A stretch of 64,000 bases of DNA from Desulfosudaceae bacterium (GTDB lineage Bacteria; Desulfobacterota; Desulfobacteria; Desulfobacterales; Desulfosudaceae). A program made the position numbers and the translations under genes. Location of the stretch: positions 2,624,001-2,688,000 of the forward strand of contig CAXXDV010000003.1 of the NCBI GenBank assembly GCA_963674745.2, written 5' to 3'. The notes under the pieces are model-generated. The model did no database searches. It was not told the origin of the DNA and worked only from the letters and a program-made list of their open reading frames with translations. This document shows positions 48,556-58,291 of this stretch, piece after piece; the first letter of the stretch is position 1, and each line of letters opens with the position of its first letter.

Positions 48556-49998
48556 TCATGAAACCGGGCCGTCCAATCTCAGCGTATGGTTGATGCAGGC
48601 CGGCAGGGTTTCCTGCTGGTGGGTAACGTAAATGATGCCCAGATCACCGGTTTCGGCAATCCTGTCAATCAGGCTTCGGAAATGCTGCTGCTGGTCGTTG
48701 TCAAACCCCAGGCAGGGTTCATCCAGCATCAATAAATACGGGTTTTTTACCAACGCCCGGGCCAGAAGGCACTGACGCTGCCGGCTGGTCGACACGTCGC
48801 GCATGGGAACGGTTTTGGTGGATGACAACCCCATGATCGCCATCCACTGTTCGGCAATTTCCCTGTTTTCCGGACGGCTTTTGGAAAACAACCCGATGGA
48901 GTCGTAAAAACCCGACTCCACCACCTGCAGGCAGGTAAAGTCATAAGCGAAATACTGGTGCAGCTCCGGAGACATGAACCCGATTTTCCGCTTGATATCC
49001 CAGATGCTTTCACCGCTGCCGCGCTTGCGGTCAAACAGAACGATATCATTGGCATAGGCCTGTGGGTGATCGCCATTAATCAGGCTCAACAGGGTCGATT
49101 TCCCCGACCCGTTGGGCCCGGACAGGGCCCAGCATTCTTTGGGGCGGACCTGCCAATTGACATTATCAAATATAACCGTGGGGCCGTATGCGACCCGGAC
49201 GTTTTTCATGGCCACCAGCACATCACACCGCGCCCGTTCACCGCGATTGAGTAATTGATGAAGTGCCCCGGTATCCAGTTTTACCTCCGTCCCGATTTCA
49301 CAGGGGGCAACAGAAAAATCCCGTTTTTTATATACCCGCATCTGCCGCCGGCCGTTTAAGGCGGCCACATGCGTAATGACCGCCGGGATCTCAGCGGGAT
49401 TGGTTGACAGAACAAGACAGACCCCCGAAGCGGCAATCCGATTAAAGATTTCATCAAATTCCGCCCGGATATCTGTATCCAGGCCGGCCAGGGGATTGTC
49501 CAGCAAGAGCAGCAGGGGGTCTTTCAGCAGGGCGGCGCCGATGCGCAAACGCTTGGTTTCACCATTGGACAGCATGATCAAGCGCTTATCGCCAAGCGGT
49601 CTCAGATGGAACGTCTCATAAACTTCGTCCAGGGTCCATTTTGTACCCGGACGTTGCTGCACGACCTGCCGGTTTAAATAATCGTCTACCGTGGGCGCCT
49701 GTTCGACATACCCGGCGTTGAAGCGCTGCTGATAAAAGAATTCCGACGTATTGGAAACATTTTTGAAATTGTGCCTGGCATCCACGTAGGCAATCAGGCG
49801 GCGATGGGGAAAAAACGTATACTCAATACGTCCTTTGGAAATAAAATACCGGCCGGCCAGTGTCTGCAACAGGGCGCTTTTTCCGGAACCGCTTTTACCC
49901 ACTACGGCCCAATGCTCGTTTTCCCGGATAAACAAATTCAGCCCGGTAAACAGCACCTGGTCGCGAAACTTTATGGTGGCATTCTGGATAGTCAGCAT
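48556..49998 (-). CDS. ModF-like tandem ABC ATPase
   Basis: Two NBDs: GKSGSGKS/LSNGETKR/LLDNP and GPNGSGKS/LDEPC; SGESIWDIKRKIG motif. Confidence 0.85.
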   Translation of the reverse strand: MLTIQNATIKFRDQVLFTGLNLFIRENEHWAVVGKSGSGKSALLQTLAGRYFISKGRIEYTFFPHRRLIAYVDARHNFKNVSNTSEFFYQQRFNAGYVEQAPTVDDYLNRQVVQQRPGTKWTLDEVYETFHLRPLGDKRLIMLSNGETKRLRIGAALLKDPLLLLLDNPLAGLDTDIRAEFDEIFNRIAASGVCLVLSTNPAEIPAVITHVAALNGRRQMRVYKKRDFSVAPCEIGTEVKLDTGALHQLLNRGERARCDVLVAMKNVRVAYGPTVIFDNVNWQVRPKECWALSGPNGSGKSTLLSLINGDHPQAYANDIVLFDRKRGSGESIWDIKRKIGFMSPELHQYFAYDFTCLQVVESGFYDSIGLFSKSRPENREIAEQWMAIMGLSSTKTVPMRDVSTSRQRQCLLARALVKNPYLLMLDEPCLGFDNDQQQHFRSLIDRIAETGDLGIIYVTHQQETLPACINHTLRLDGPVS

Positions 49999-50014
49999 TG
50001 ATGGTATGCCCGGA

Positions 50015-50635
50015 TCAAATAAGGCCGGATCCTTCCAGCGCCGCGACAACCCCCTCGACTCCGTATACGCGTTGGGATTTCATGCCGCAGGCCAGGGCGG
50101 CATCCACGTTGATCTGATTGTCATCAAGAAACACAATGGTCTCAGCCGGCACTCCGAGCTGCTCAACAACGTGCAAAAAGGCTTCTTTATCCGGTTTGAC
50201 CATACCCATTTGAAACGAGGCAAAAGTGGTGTCAAAACAATCCAGCACCCGGTAATCGCGGCCCATGATTTCCCAGTGGATATGGTTGGTGTTGGAAAAA
50301 CAGGCCAGGTGATAACGCGATGACAACCTTTCCAGCAGGTCCCTGGCGCCGGGGAAAAGGCCCGCGATCCAGGCCGTAAAAACGGATGTGAACGACGCAT
50401 CATCAACTGAAAGTTTCAGTTCCGTCTTCAACTGCTCACGAAACACGGGGAACTCGATATGCCCGCTTTCAAAGGCCCGAACAGCCGGGGAGACCAGCCA
50501 TTTATCGACCAGTTCCTGGGGAGTCAGATCGTCTTTTGTCCACTCACACACAAGACCGGCACCGGATAACTGAAACAGGACTCCGCCCAGATCAAAAAGA
50601 ATGGTGGATATGGATGACGCGTCATGGGAAACCAT
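50015..50635 (-). CDS. HAD-superfamily phosphatase (YihX-like)
   Basis: FDLGGVL, SNTN..HW, KPD, FLDD...NV. Start moved downstream of the divergent promoter. Confidence 0.85.
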   Translation of the reverse strand: MVSHDASSISTILFDLGGVLFQLSGAGLVCEWTKDDLTPQELVDKWLVSPAVRAFESGHIEFPVFREQLKTELKLSVDDASFTSVFTAWIAGLFPGARDLLERLSSRYHLACFSNTNHIHWEIMGRDYRVLDCFDTTFASFQMGMVKPDKEAFLHVVEQLGVPAETIVFLDDNQINVDAALACGMKSQRVYGVEGVVAALEGSGLI

Positions 50636-50733
50636 TATGTTCTCCAATACTTTTTCCGCCGGCCGCTTTGACAACGGCAGACTTTAATGTATATTAAAAT
50701 TTTAATTCTATACGAAAAGTCATGAGGGCCACA

Positions 50734-51150
50734 ATGAAAAGTTTCCGTAAAGAATTGACCTTCAATGTGCCGTCCCGGCGGGGATTTATCAATATCACGC
50801 CGCAGGTGGACCAGTGCCTGGCCGAAAGCGGCATCCGCGAAGGGCTGGTGCTGGTCAACGCCATGCACATTACGGCTTCGGTGTTTATCAATGATGATGA
50901 ATCCGGCCTTCATCATGATTACGACAAATGGCTGGAAAAACTGGCGCCCCACGCGCCGGTGGACCAGTATCGTCACAACGTGGGTGAGGATAACGCCGAC
51001 GCCCACATGAAGCGACAGATCATGGGGCGGGAAGTAGTGGTGGCGATCACAGACGGCAGGCTTGATTTCGGTACCTGGGAACAGATCTTTTATGGCGAGT
51101 TCGACGGTCGCCGTCCTAAAAGAGTGTTGATCAAAATTATCGGGGAATAA
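50734..51150 (+). CDS. yjbQ: YjbQ/UPF0047 family protein (secondary thiamine-phosphate synthase-like)
   Basis: [42 protein letters not shown]; upstream TTGACA (50668) and TATATT (50690). Confidence 0.92.
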   Translation: MKSFRKELTFNVPSRRGFINITPQVDQCLAESGIREGLVLVNAMHITASVFINDDESGLHHDYDKWLEKLAPHAPVDQYRHNVGEDNADAHMKRQIMGREVVVAITDGRLDFGTWEQIFYGEFDGRRPKRVLIKIIGE

Positions 51151-51443
51151 AATAAAAACAACGGAACAACCGCCGTACAGAATTATTTGAACGCCGGCTT
51201 CCTTCCATGACATGGTATTGCAGGGAATTGGAAGGCCTGTCACGAACGACAGCACTTGTCGGGTCGCTTCCGGACACATCACTGTGCCGGCCGTTATCAG
51301 ATCATTTTGACAAGGCCATTGCTGCCAGGCTCAGCACCGGGGAAAACGTCTTCCGGACCGGACCAGCAGCGGCATGGAACGAAACGCTTCGCCGCTGACA
51401 ATTCGAGCTAAGCTTCTTTCACCGACAACAACGGAGAGCACTT

Positions 51444-53237
51444 ATGCCTAACGGACCCGAATCGACGTTTCTGCAGGATCTTCAAGGCCGTATTAACTTA
51501 AAGGATATCCCTTTCAGCGAACGCGGCTCACGGTTACTGGTTTTCCGCAACGGCTCCACCTTGAACGTTCGCCTCGCCGAGCGCTGGGCGAAATGGGAAC
51601 AGGAGGTGGGGCATTATCGGTTTCGCAAACCGGTGCTCGACCAATTTGCGCTCATGGATGAAGGCGGGCATCCGATTGATTTTCAGTTGCAGGCCTTTCC
51701 CCATGCCCTGTATTTTGAGACACCTCTCGGACAGGCGTGGCTCGCCTTTATGGATGAAGAGACGCTTTATATCCGATTACCCCGGGCTTCATGCGGTTTT
51801 TCTTTTCGCGTGTACGCAACTCATGGGCAAACGGATCGTCGTGGAGGAGAATTCAAAGGCGATCCGGAACACCGGCAGACCCATCGGAATATCGCCTATA
51901 GCACAAACGCCCGCCCGGTAAGCAACGCCATCACCCGGGAAGGGGACGGCTATCTGCGCGTTCAGATGCAGGTGGATGCGACTCAAGATTCAGGCCTGGT
52001 GCTCAACATAACACCCCGCCTGGGGTTAAACCGTCGCGTGCCTCCGGGTGATCAGGTCATGCAACAGGCGGAGCGATGCTGGCACAACTGGTTTGCGGCT
52101 GCGCCCCGGGTGGACAAAAAGTATGAAAAACAATACTACTACGCCTGGTGGATTCTGCGGGCCGGCCTGTTGAGTTCACGTTTTCACCTGACACGTGAAG
52201 CCATGGTCCCATCAATGAACCATTATGTGGGCGTCTGGGCCTGGGATGCTTTTTTTCACGCTTTGGCTTACCGGCATATCGATCAGCCGCTGGCCGAGAA
52301 TCAGTTGCGTATCTTGTTAGATCACCAACAGGACAACGGTCTGGTCCCCGATGCGGTACATGACGAAGGCGTAGTGACTTCATGGAAACTGCCCGATTTA
52401 TCTGGAACGGCACCCGTTACCAAACCGCCCCTGATCGGGTGGACCGCCATGAAGCTCTACCAGACAACCGGAAACCGTGATTTTATGGATGAAATATACG
52501 AACCCATCAGCCGATGGAATCGCTGGTGGTTTAATGAAAATGACGATGATTCGGACGGAATCGTTCAATACAACCATCCCTATTCATCCGGGTTGGACGA
52601 CAGCCCGCTCTGGGATCAGGGTGTTCCGGTGGAGTCGCCTGACATCAATACCTATTTGGTCATGCAGATGGATGCCCTTGCCCGCATGGCTGATGTCCTG
52701 GGACTGGAGAAAGAATCCCGCCAGTGGAAGGCGAGTGCCAAAATACTGACGGAAAAAATGATTTCTCATTTCTGGGATGAAAAGGCAGGATTGTTCTGGG
52801 CCATGCGGGACCATCACCCCATCCGGGTAATCACGCCGTTTAATTTATACCCCTTGATCACCGGCCGCCTTGATCAGAAAATGGTAAAACGACTGATAAC
52901 CCACCTTGAGGACAAAGATAAATTCTGGACAAAATATCCCCTTGCGACTGTCGCCAGAACCGACCCCGAATACAATCCCGACCAAATGTGGAGAGGCCCC
53001 ACCTGGGTCAATGTCAACTATCTGTTCATCGAAGGACTGGTGCGCTGCGGCCACCATGACCTGGCCCGGAAGCTACGGGATAAGACTTTGGAATTACTGA
53101 TGTTACACAACGATATTTATGAATACTACAACCCCGATACCGGTTCGCCACCGCCCAAGGCAGCGTCGGTTTTCGGCTGGTCAAGCGCCGTTTTTGTCGA
53201 TCTGGCCATCAAGGCCTCGCAAGGAGAAATCATTTGA
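51444..53237 (+). CDS. (alpha/alpha)6 glycoside hydrolase, GH63/MGH1 (mannosylglycerate-hydrolase/trehalase-like)
   Basis: WAWDAFF, TKPPL, SGLDDSP, MWRGPTWVNVNY, EYYNP.TG, FGWS. Confidence 0.85.
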   Translation: MPNGPESTFLQDLQGRINLKDIPFSERGSRLLVFRNGSTLNVRLAERWAKWEQEVGHYRFRKPVLDQFALMDEGGHPIDFQLQAFPHALYFETPLGQAWLAFMDEETLYIRLPRASCGFSFRVYATHGQTDRRGGEFKGDPEHRQTHRNIAYSTNARPVSNAITREGDGYLRVQMQVDATQDSGLVLNITPRLGLNRRVPPGDQVMQQAERCWHNWFAAAPRVDKKYEKQYYYAWWILRAGLLSSRFHLTREAMVPSMNHYVGVWAWDAFFHALAYRHIDQPLAENQLRILLDHQQDNGLVPDAVHDEGVVTSWKLPDLSGTAPVTKPPLIGWTAMKLYQTTGNRDFMDEIYEPISRWNRWWFNENDDDSDGIVQYNHPYSSGLDDSPLWDQGVPVESPDINTYLVMQMDALARMADVLGLEKESRQWKASAKILTEKMISHFWDEKAGLFWAMRDHHPIRVITPFNLYPLITGRLDQKMVKRLITHLEDKDKFWTKYPLATVARTDPEYNPDQMWRGPTWVNVNYLFIEGLVRCGHHDLARKLRDKTLELLMLHNDIYEYYNPDTGSPPPKAASVFGWSSAVFVDLAIKASQGEII

Positions 53238-53411
53238 TTTGAGTTGGCGGATTCATTCCCCTTCTAAAAAAAATATTTTTGGGCGCCCATTGCTTTTCCC
53301 TGCGCCATAACTATATTTCATAACATTCTGATCTGTTATTTACACTTCTCTATTCTTGATCCTGGCTGGATCTCCTTTACATTTTTTGCCTAAGCAAGAA
53401 GGACGAACCCC

Positions 53412-54533
53412 ATGAAACTTCATCTGGACTGGTTGCAGAAATCTTTTTTATTAAAAGAGTTTAACCCCGGAGATGCTCCGGATGAATTGTGGCAGGCCTT
53501 CTTCACCCTGTCGGAATCTGTTTTCCGTGAGTTTAACCCCGGCGCCCGCCTGCCGGACAGGGAGGTCACCAGAAGGCGGCTGCTGGCAGCCAGCCCCCTG
53601 TATACCATTGATAGAGGACTTGTTTTTGATGAAGATCGGGTACCGGTCGCTTTCTCCTATATCGCCTACGATACCGAGCTGTCACCGAGCTATGAGCATG
53701 ACAGTCATATCTGTCAGATCCATATAAGGGTGACAGAAAATCTTCGGAGGAAAAGAGTCGCGGCAGCACTTTTGAATATACTGCTTGATGTTGCTGAAGG
53801 CCTGGATAAAGACATTATTCAAATCGAGGCCGACAATACCACCGGGAAAGCGTTCTGCCGGTCGCTGAAAGGCGAACTGGTTCACAAGGAGATCCAGCAC
53901 CGGCTGTACATGGAGGAAGCAAACTGGCAGACCGCGGAAGAATGGCTGGCTTTCGGCCGGCAAAAATTCCCTGACACGGAATTTGTTTTTTTCAGGGACT
54001 GCCCGGACGATTACATTGAATCGTTCTGCCGGACCTACACGGAAATCATCAACCAGCGCCCCACCGGCGAAATGGAGCAGACCATCGTGACCACCCCGGA
54101 ATCACGCCGGATCGAAGAACAGGATATGAGAAAACGGGGTGTTGAGTGGCATACCCTGATCAGCCTGGAAAGCAGCGGCGAGGTCAGCGGCCTGACGGAC
54201 ATCATGTATAATCCCCGGGAACCGCATAAAATTATGCAATACTTTACCGGTGTCTCCACCAGGCACCGCCGCAAGGGACTGGCCAAACGCCTCAAGGCGG
54301 AGATGCTGGCCGTGATCAAAAAACAGTTCCCGGACGTTGAATACATCACCACCACCATGGCCCCGGACAACCGCCCCATGCAGGCGATCAACGCCCAGTT
54401 GGGATTCAAATCCCGGAAAAGCAGTCACATGTACCAATGGTCCCTGCCGGATCTCAGGCACCAGGTCAATAAACGGCTCCGGAAGCCAATGAGAAAACGG
54501 AAAACGGATGGTCGAAGGGATTGCCCTGTGTAA
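53412..54533 (+). CDS. Tandem GNAT N-acetyltransferase
   Basis: Two acetyl-CoA loops (LRRKRVA, HRRKGLAKRLK); TGV; N.PM.AIN..LGF. Confidence 0.8.
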   Translation: MKLHLDWLQKSFLLKEFNPGDAPDELWQAFFTLSESVFREFNPGARLPDREVTRRRLLAASPLYTIDRGLVFDEDRVPVAFSYIAYDTELSPSYEHDSHICQIHIRVTENLRRKRVAAALLNILLDVAEGLDKDIIQIEADNTTGKAFCRSLKGELVHKEIQHRLYMEEANWQTAEEWLAFGRQKFPDTEFVFFRDCPDDYIESFCRTYTEIINQRPTGEMEQTIVTTPESRRIEEQDMRKRGVEWHTLISLESSGEVSGLTDIMYNPREPHKIMQYFTGVSTRHRRKGLAKRLKAEMLAVIKKQFPDVEYITTTMAPDNRPMQAINAQLGFKSRKSSHMYQWSLPDLRHQVNKRLRKPMRKRKTDGRRDCPV

Positions 54534-55509
54534 TATGGAACTGAAGATTTTTCAGGTCCATAATAACCGTGGTGACCGTGATCGAAGTATCATCCGTCAG
54601 CCAGGGATGGGAAAACCGCCGGCGGCAGATGGGATAGTCTTCGTTGGCATGGTCCAGGAGGATCGCCTTCATTGCCCCGGCAGACGGCTTTTCCATTTCG
54701 GCAAGCAGTTCGGCGGCGCGCTTGTAGCGCCCCATGGTGTTCGGAAACAGCTTGAGGTCATAATCGACCTTGGTCAGGTAGTGGTTGGTGTGAGCAAACC
54801 GGTCTCCGACCGGAATTGAAAAAAAATCTTCGCCAGCCAGTTCGATATTTTCGGCCTGCCCCTTCCCGTTGGCGATCAGAATATTGCCGACCTTTCCGGC
54901 TGAGCCCGAATAAACGACGGAACTGGCCGCGGACAGGCTGTCACTGTCAAGGATGGCACGAAGCAGGACATGTAACGGGACCCCGTCCGGCTGATAGTTT
55001 TCAATGCTCATGAAGTTCAGGCAGACCCCCACCCCCTGGTTGTTCATCCCGATCTTGGCGATCATGCCGGGTTCGGTCATGGTCATAATCCGGTGGCCTT
55101 TGCCGTTCTCGATTTCAAGGATAACCGCCAGTTCCTCCATTTCCATGTCCCAGTCCCAGTTCTGCCCGATCAGCCCGGCATTTTTAAAGGCCAGGGACGT
55201 GCATTCGGCGGGAATAATATTGAGGAGTTCCGTTCGCCCGTTTAAGGCATAAATCCATAGCGGGTCAACCCCGGCCGCCCGGGACAAGGCCTCGATCTCG
55301 ACATACAGTTCTTCACTAAAAGCGCGGGTCTTTTCACGGAAACGGCCGGCAACGGACATGATCGCATCTTCCGGCAGAGAAAACTGTTTTTGATAAAAAG
55401 CAACGGTCCGGTGAATTCTATCTTTCAGGATGATTCCGTGCTGCCGACCGCGTTCTTCGGCCGAACCGCTTATTTTAATTACCGGAAGATTGTTGCCCAT
55501 GTAATGCAT
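54466..55509 (-). CDS. Peptidase C45 / Ntn-hydrolase acyltransferase
   Basis: ERGRQHG, ECTS (N-terminal nucleophile Cys after autoproteolysis), GQNWDW, GMNNQGV, HTNHY. Confidence 0.88.
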   Translation of the reverse strand: MHYMGNNLPVIKISGSAEERGRQHGIILKDRIHRTVAFYQKQFSLPEDAIMSVAGRFREKTRAFSEELYVEIEALSRAAGVDPLWIYALNGRTELLNIIPAECTSLAFKNAGLIGQNWDWDMEMEELAVILEIENGKGHRIMTMTEPGMIAKIGMNNQGVGVCLNFMSIENYQPDGVPLHVLLRAILDSDSLSAASSVVYSGSAGKVGNILIANGKGQAENIELAGEDFFSIPVGDRFAHTNHYLTKVDYDLKLFPNTMGRYKRAAELLAEMEKPSAGAMKAILLDHANEDYPICRRRFSHPWLTDDTSITVTTVIMDLKNLQFHITQGNPFDHPFSVFSLASGAVY

Positions 55510-55830
55510 CCTTCATTCTGAATAGTTCTATATCTTATGATGTATGGATTTTGACCCAGAATCATTTATACCGAATAATACTAGATATCAACTTATTTTA
55601 TTAACCAGCAAATAGGAGAACGTCTTTATTGAAAACAAACACTTTTTGCTTTATAACTGATCCAACAAATAAAAATGGTTCTTCGGGCAGACGCTATAAA
55701 CCGGGACTGATAAAATTTAGTATTCGATCAGAAACAGGTTCTGTGAAAAAGGTTTTTAAAAGTGCCTGTCAATAACTTCTTTTACACAATCGTTCGACAA
55801 TATCAACACACCCAGGAATTCACGGAGCGT

Positions 55831-56318
55831 ATGATGAAAAAAAAATTTTGTTTGCCTATATGATTTTATACATATCTGTTTGCTTTTTATCCCCCGAGTC
55901 CTTGTATGCGGAAGAAGCGGCCAAACTATCGGATGGGCAGACGATTTATGTTCCAGCTTATTCCCATATTTATTCTGGAGATCGTGAAACCCCGGTACTG
56001 TTAACGGTAACTTTAAGTATCAGAAATATTGATCAACAACACTCAATACAGGTTAAAAAAGTCGATTACTATGAAACACAGGGCAAACTTGTGAAAACTT
56101 ACATAGATTCGCCTGTTAATTTAAAACCTTTGGAATCGATCAGATATGTTATCCCCCGAAAGGACAAAGTCGGCGGTTCCGGGGCTAATTTCATTGTTGA
56201 GTGGACATCTGCCCAACCCGTCAATTCCCCCATTGTCGAAACGGTAATGATTGCGACAGAATCTCAACAAGGAATCTCTTTTACCTCCCGTGGTCAGGTA
56301 CTTATTAAAAAAGAATAA
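55831..56318 (+). CDS. DUF3124 family exported protein; RBS-associated start is out of frame at an A9 tract
   Basis: GQTIYVPAYSHIY, TLSIRN.D, YYETQG, GGSGANFIVEW, P.VE.VMI, GISFTSRG. The body frame starts at 55848 or 55860. Confidence 0.85.
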
Positions 56319-56339
56319 AAAAACAAAGGAGGATGAAAT

Positions 56340-56528
56340 ATGGGATACAAGGATGTATTAAGAAATTCCATACGGACGTTTGAGGATCTTGAAAAATGGC
56401 TTACCGGTCAGAAAGCCAGGGTCGATCCCAGGTTAAAAGACGTCATCGAAAAATACCCCATGCGGGTAAACAGCTATTACCTCGGCCTGGTCGTCAGTCA
56501 CGTTTTCCAGAATACTGACCCCGGTTGA
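56340..56528 (+). pseudogene. 5' stub of a second KamA-family radical SAM gene
   Basis: GGAGG RBS; LRNSIRT.EDL...V...YPMRVNSYYLGL resembles the KamA N-terminus, then similarity stops. Confidence 0.7.
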
Positions 56529-56612
56529 CGCCTCTTTCTCGAAAAACGATTCAACAACAGGCAGCAAGGGGTTAACGTTTTTAACAGGTACGTCCGGCTT
56601 TTGGGAATCCAT
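56433..56612 (-). pseudogene. 5' stub of a gene downstream of the diadenylate cyclase (possibly an MgtE-like N-terminus)
   Basis: GGGGAGG RBS, then MDSQKPDVPVKNVNPLLPVVESFFEKEASTGVSILENVTDDQA, running head-on into the kamA stub. Family identity is tentative. Confidence 0.45.
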
Positions 56613-56634
56613 GCTCATCCTCCCCGCTTGCGTA

Positions 56635-58068
56635 TTATTTTTTCTTGTCTATTGTTTTGACATTGATGGATACTTCTACGTCCGGCACTCTTTTTTCTAA
56701 AAGCTGAAAAGACGGCGGTACAATGAGTTTACAATACAATTTCATATCCTGTTTCAGGTTCTCCAAATAAATCGGTGTTGTTTTAAAATGCTGGGCGGCC
56801 GTATTCTCATTGTTTACAGGTACCAGGGCAGCTATTCTGGGCGGGGTAACCTCAACTGAAACTATTTCCAGGCCTTCCGGCAAACTGCCGACAAGCTGCG
56901 GTTCAATAACGACCATCTCACGGACAATTGCCGCCAGGGTAAGGTCCAGAACAGGGGGATCAACATCGATAAGCCGGATGTTTTTGGGCAGCTTCAGGTT
57001 TTCTTCCGTAATCATAAAAGACTGTCTACCGGCCACCGCTTCTGAAAGATCGATTTTAACAGGCAGTTGCTCAGGCGTCAGTGTGTCCAGATCTGCCTTC
57101 GGGCCTGAGATATGCAGCCGGATCTCGTTGGGCCTGTCCCCCACAAGCATTACGTTTTCAGATGTAACCGTGTATTGCACGGGAGTTGAAATGATTTTTT
57201 CCAGGCGTTCACTTTGTGAGAAAAACAGAACAGACCAGATCATCAAGGCCACAAGCAGACTCGCGCCCACCTGAACAGATGATTGCATCTTATTCCCTTT
57301 GACATCCAGAGGGAAAACCGCATTTTCATGCCAATGCCCGATTATTGTGGCCTTAACATCCGCCGGTTCGGACACTTTTGTCATCCGCCCGTTTTGAAAG
57401 CAGCTCAAGCGGCCCCGCTCCTCTGAGACCACGATAATCAGGGCATCGGTTTTTTCCGCCAGCCCCATAGCCGCATGATGTCGTGTGCCGTATTCATTTC
57501 CCAGGCTTGCGGTTTGTGAAATCGGCAGTCGGACCCCGAACATGGCCAGACGTCCATTCCTGATGATCATGGCGCCATCATGCCCGGGGGAGTGGGGGTC
57601 AAACACGCTCATAATCAAGGGGTCGCTGAGCAGGCCGTCTAAAGGATAACCCCCTGAAAGGTATTCCTCGATTGGTTCACGCCCCGGGATAACAATGAGC
57701 GCACCGCGACGTTGAGCGACCAGTTCCTCTAGGCTTCTTGCGATAATTTCTGTTGTTTCTTCTGTCTGATCAATGTCTTTAGAACGTTGAAACAATGCCG
57801 CCCTTTCAAAAAATTTCCTCAGTTCGGGTTGAAAAAGCACAATTAATGCGAGCAAAGCCACATGGCTGACATTACGGTAGACCCACGTTATCCCTTTTAA
57901 ATCGAGCAGGCTGGCGATAAAGAATATACCGACGGCCAGAAGTACCCCCGTGATTATTTTCCATGTGCCCAGGCGCAATAAAGTCCGGTAAAGGAAGAAT
58001 ATTCCTCCGGCGAGCAGTAGAATATCCAGGATGGAATGCCAGTTGAGTAGTTGGTTCAGGATCAGCAT
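56635..58068 (-). CDS. Diadenylate cyclase (CdaA-type DAC) fused to YbbR/CdaR-like domains
   Basis: 3 N-terminal TMs, FQPELR, HDGAMII, GTRHHAA (RHR-motif variant), VVSEERG, a further TM, then YbbR-like repeats (V.ID....G...F...VDPP). Confidence 0.88.
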   Translation of the reverse strand: MLILNQLLNWHSILDILLLAGGIFFLYRTLLRLGTWKIITGVLLAVGIFFIASLLDLKGITWVYRNVSHVALLALIVLFQPELRKFFERAALFQRSKDIDQTEETTEIIARSLEELVAQRRGALIVIPGREPIEEYLSGGYPLDGLLSDPLIMSVFDPHSPGHDGAMIIRNGRLAMFGVRLPISQTASLGNEYGTRHHAAMGLAEKTDALIIVVSEERGRLSCFQNGRMTKVSEPADVKATIIGHWHENAVFPLDVKGNKMQSSVQVGASLLVALMIWSVLFFSQSERLEKIISTPVQYTVTSENVMLVGDRPNEIRLHISGPKADLDTLTPEQLPVKIDLSEAVAGRQSFMITEENLKLPKNIRLIDVDPPVLDLTLAAIVREMVVIEPQLVGSLPEGLEIVSVEVTPPRIAALVPVNNENTAAQHFKTTPIYLENLKQDMKLYCKLIVPPSFQLLEKRVPDVEVSINVKTIDKKK

Positions 58069-58082
58069 AATTTATTCTCGAC

Positions 58083-58261
58083 TTATTTCCTTTTATTAAC
58101 CGCCCGCCATCCGCCAAGAGGTGTTGCAACCGGCCGTAACATCTTGCTTATTCCACGGGCCTGCTCAATTACGTAAAATGCCTGATCATCATGGACACAT
58201 CGCAGACCCTTGCCAGAAAAACCAGTGCACCGGTCAACAGTATGGAAGTATCAAACATCAT
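58083..58261 (-). pseudogene. Internally deleted DUF2179/YebE-like membrane protein gene
   Basis: N-terminus MMFDTSILLTGALVFLARVCDVS is joined out of frame to C-terminus DQAFYVIEQARGISKMLRPVATPLGGWRAVNKRK*; the central part is missing. Confidence 0.7.
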
Positions 58262-58291
58262 AATTGGACACTAATGAAAGATATTCTTTAA

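Noticed and set aside
51207..51398. 63-aa ORF between yjbQ and the glycoside hydrolase
   Set aside because: No RBS or recognisable motif; may be a remnant, but I cannot support a call.
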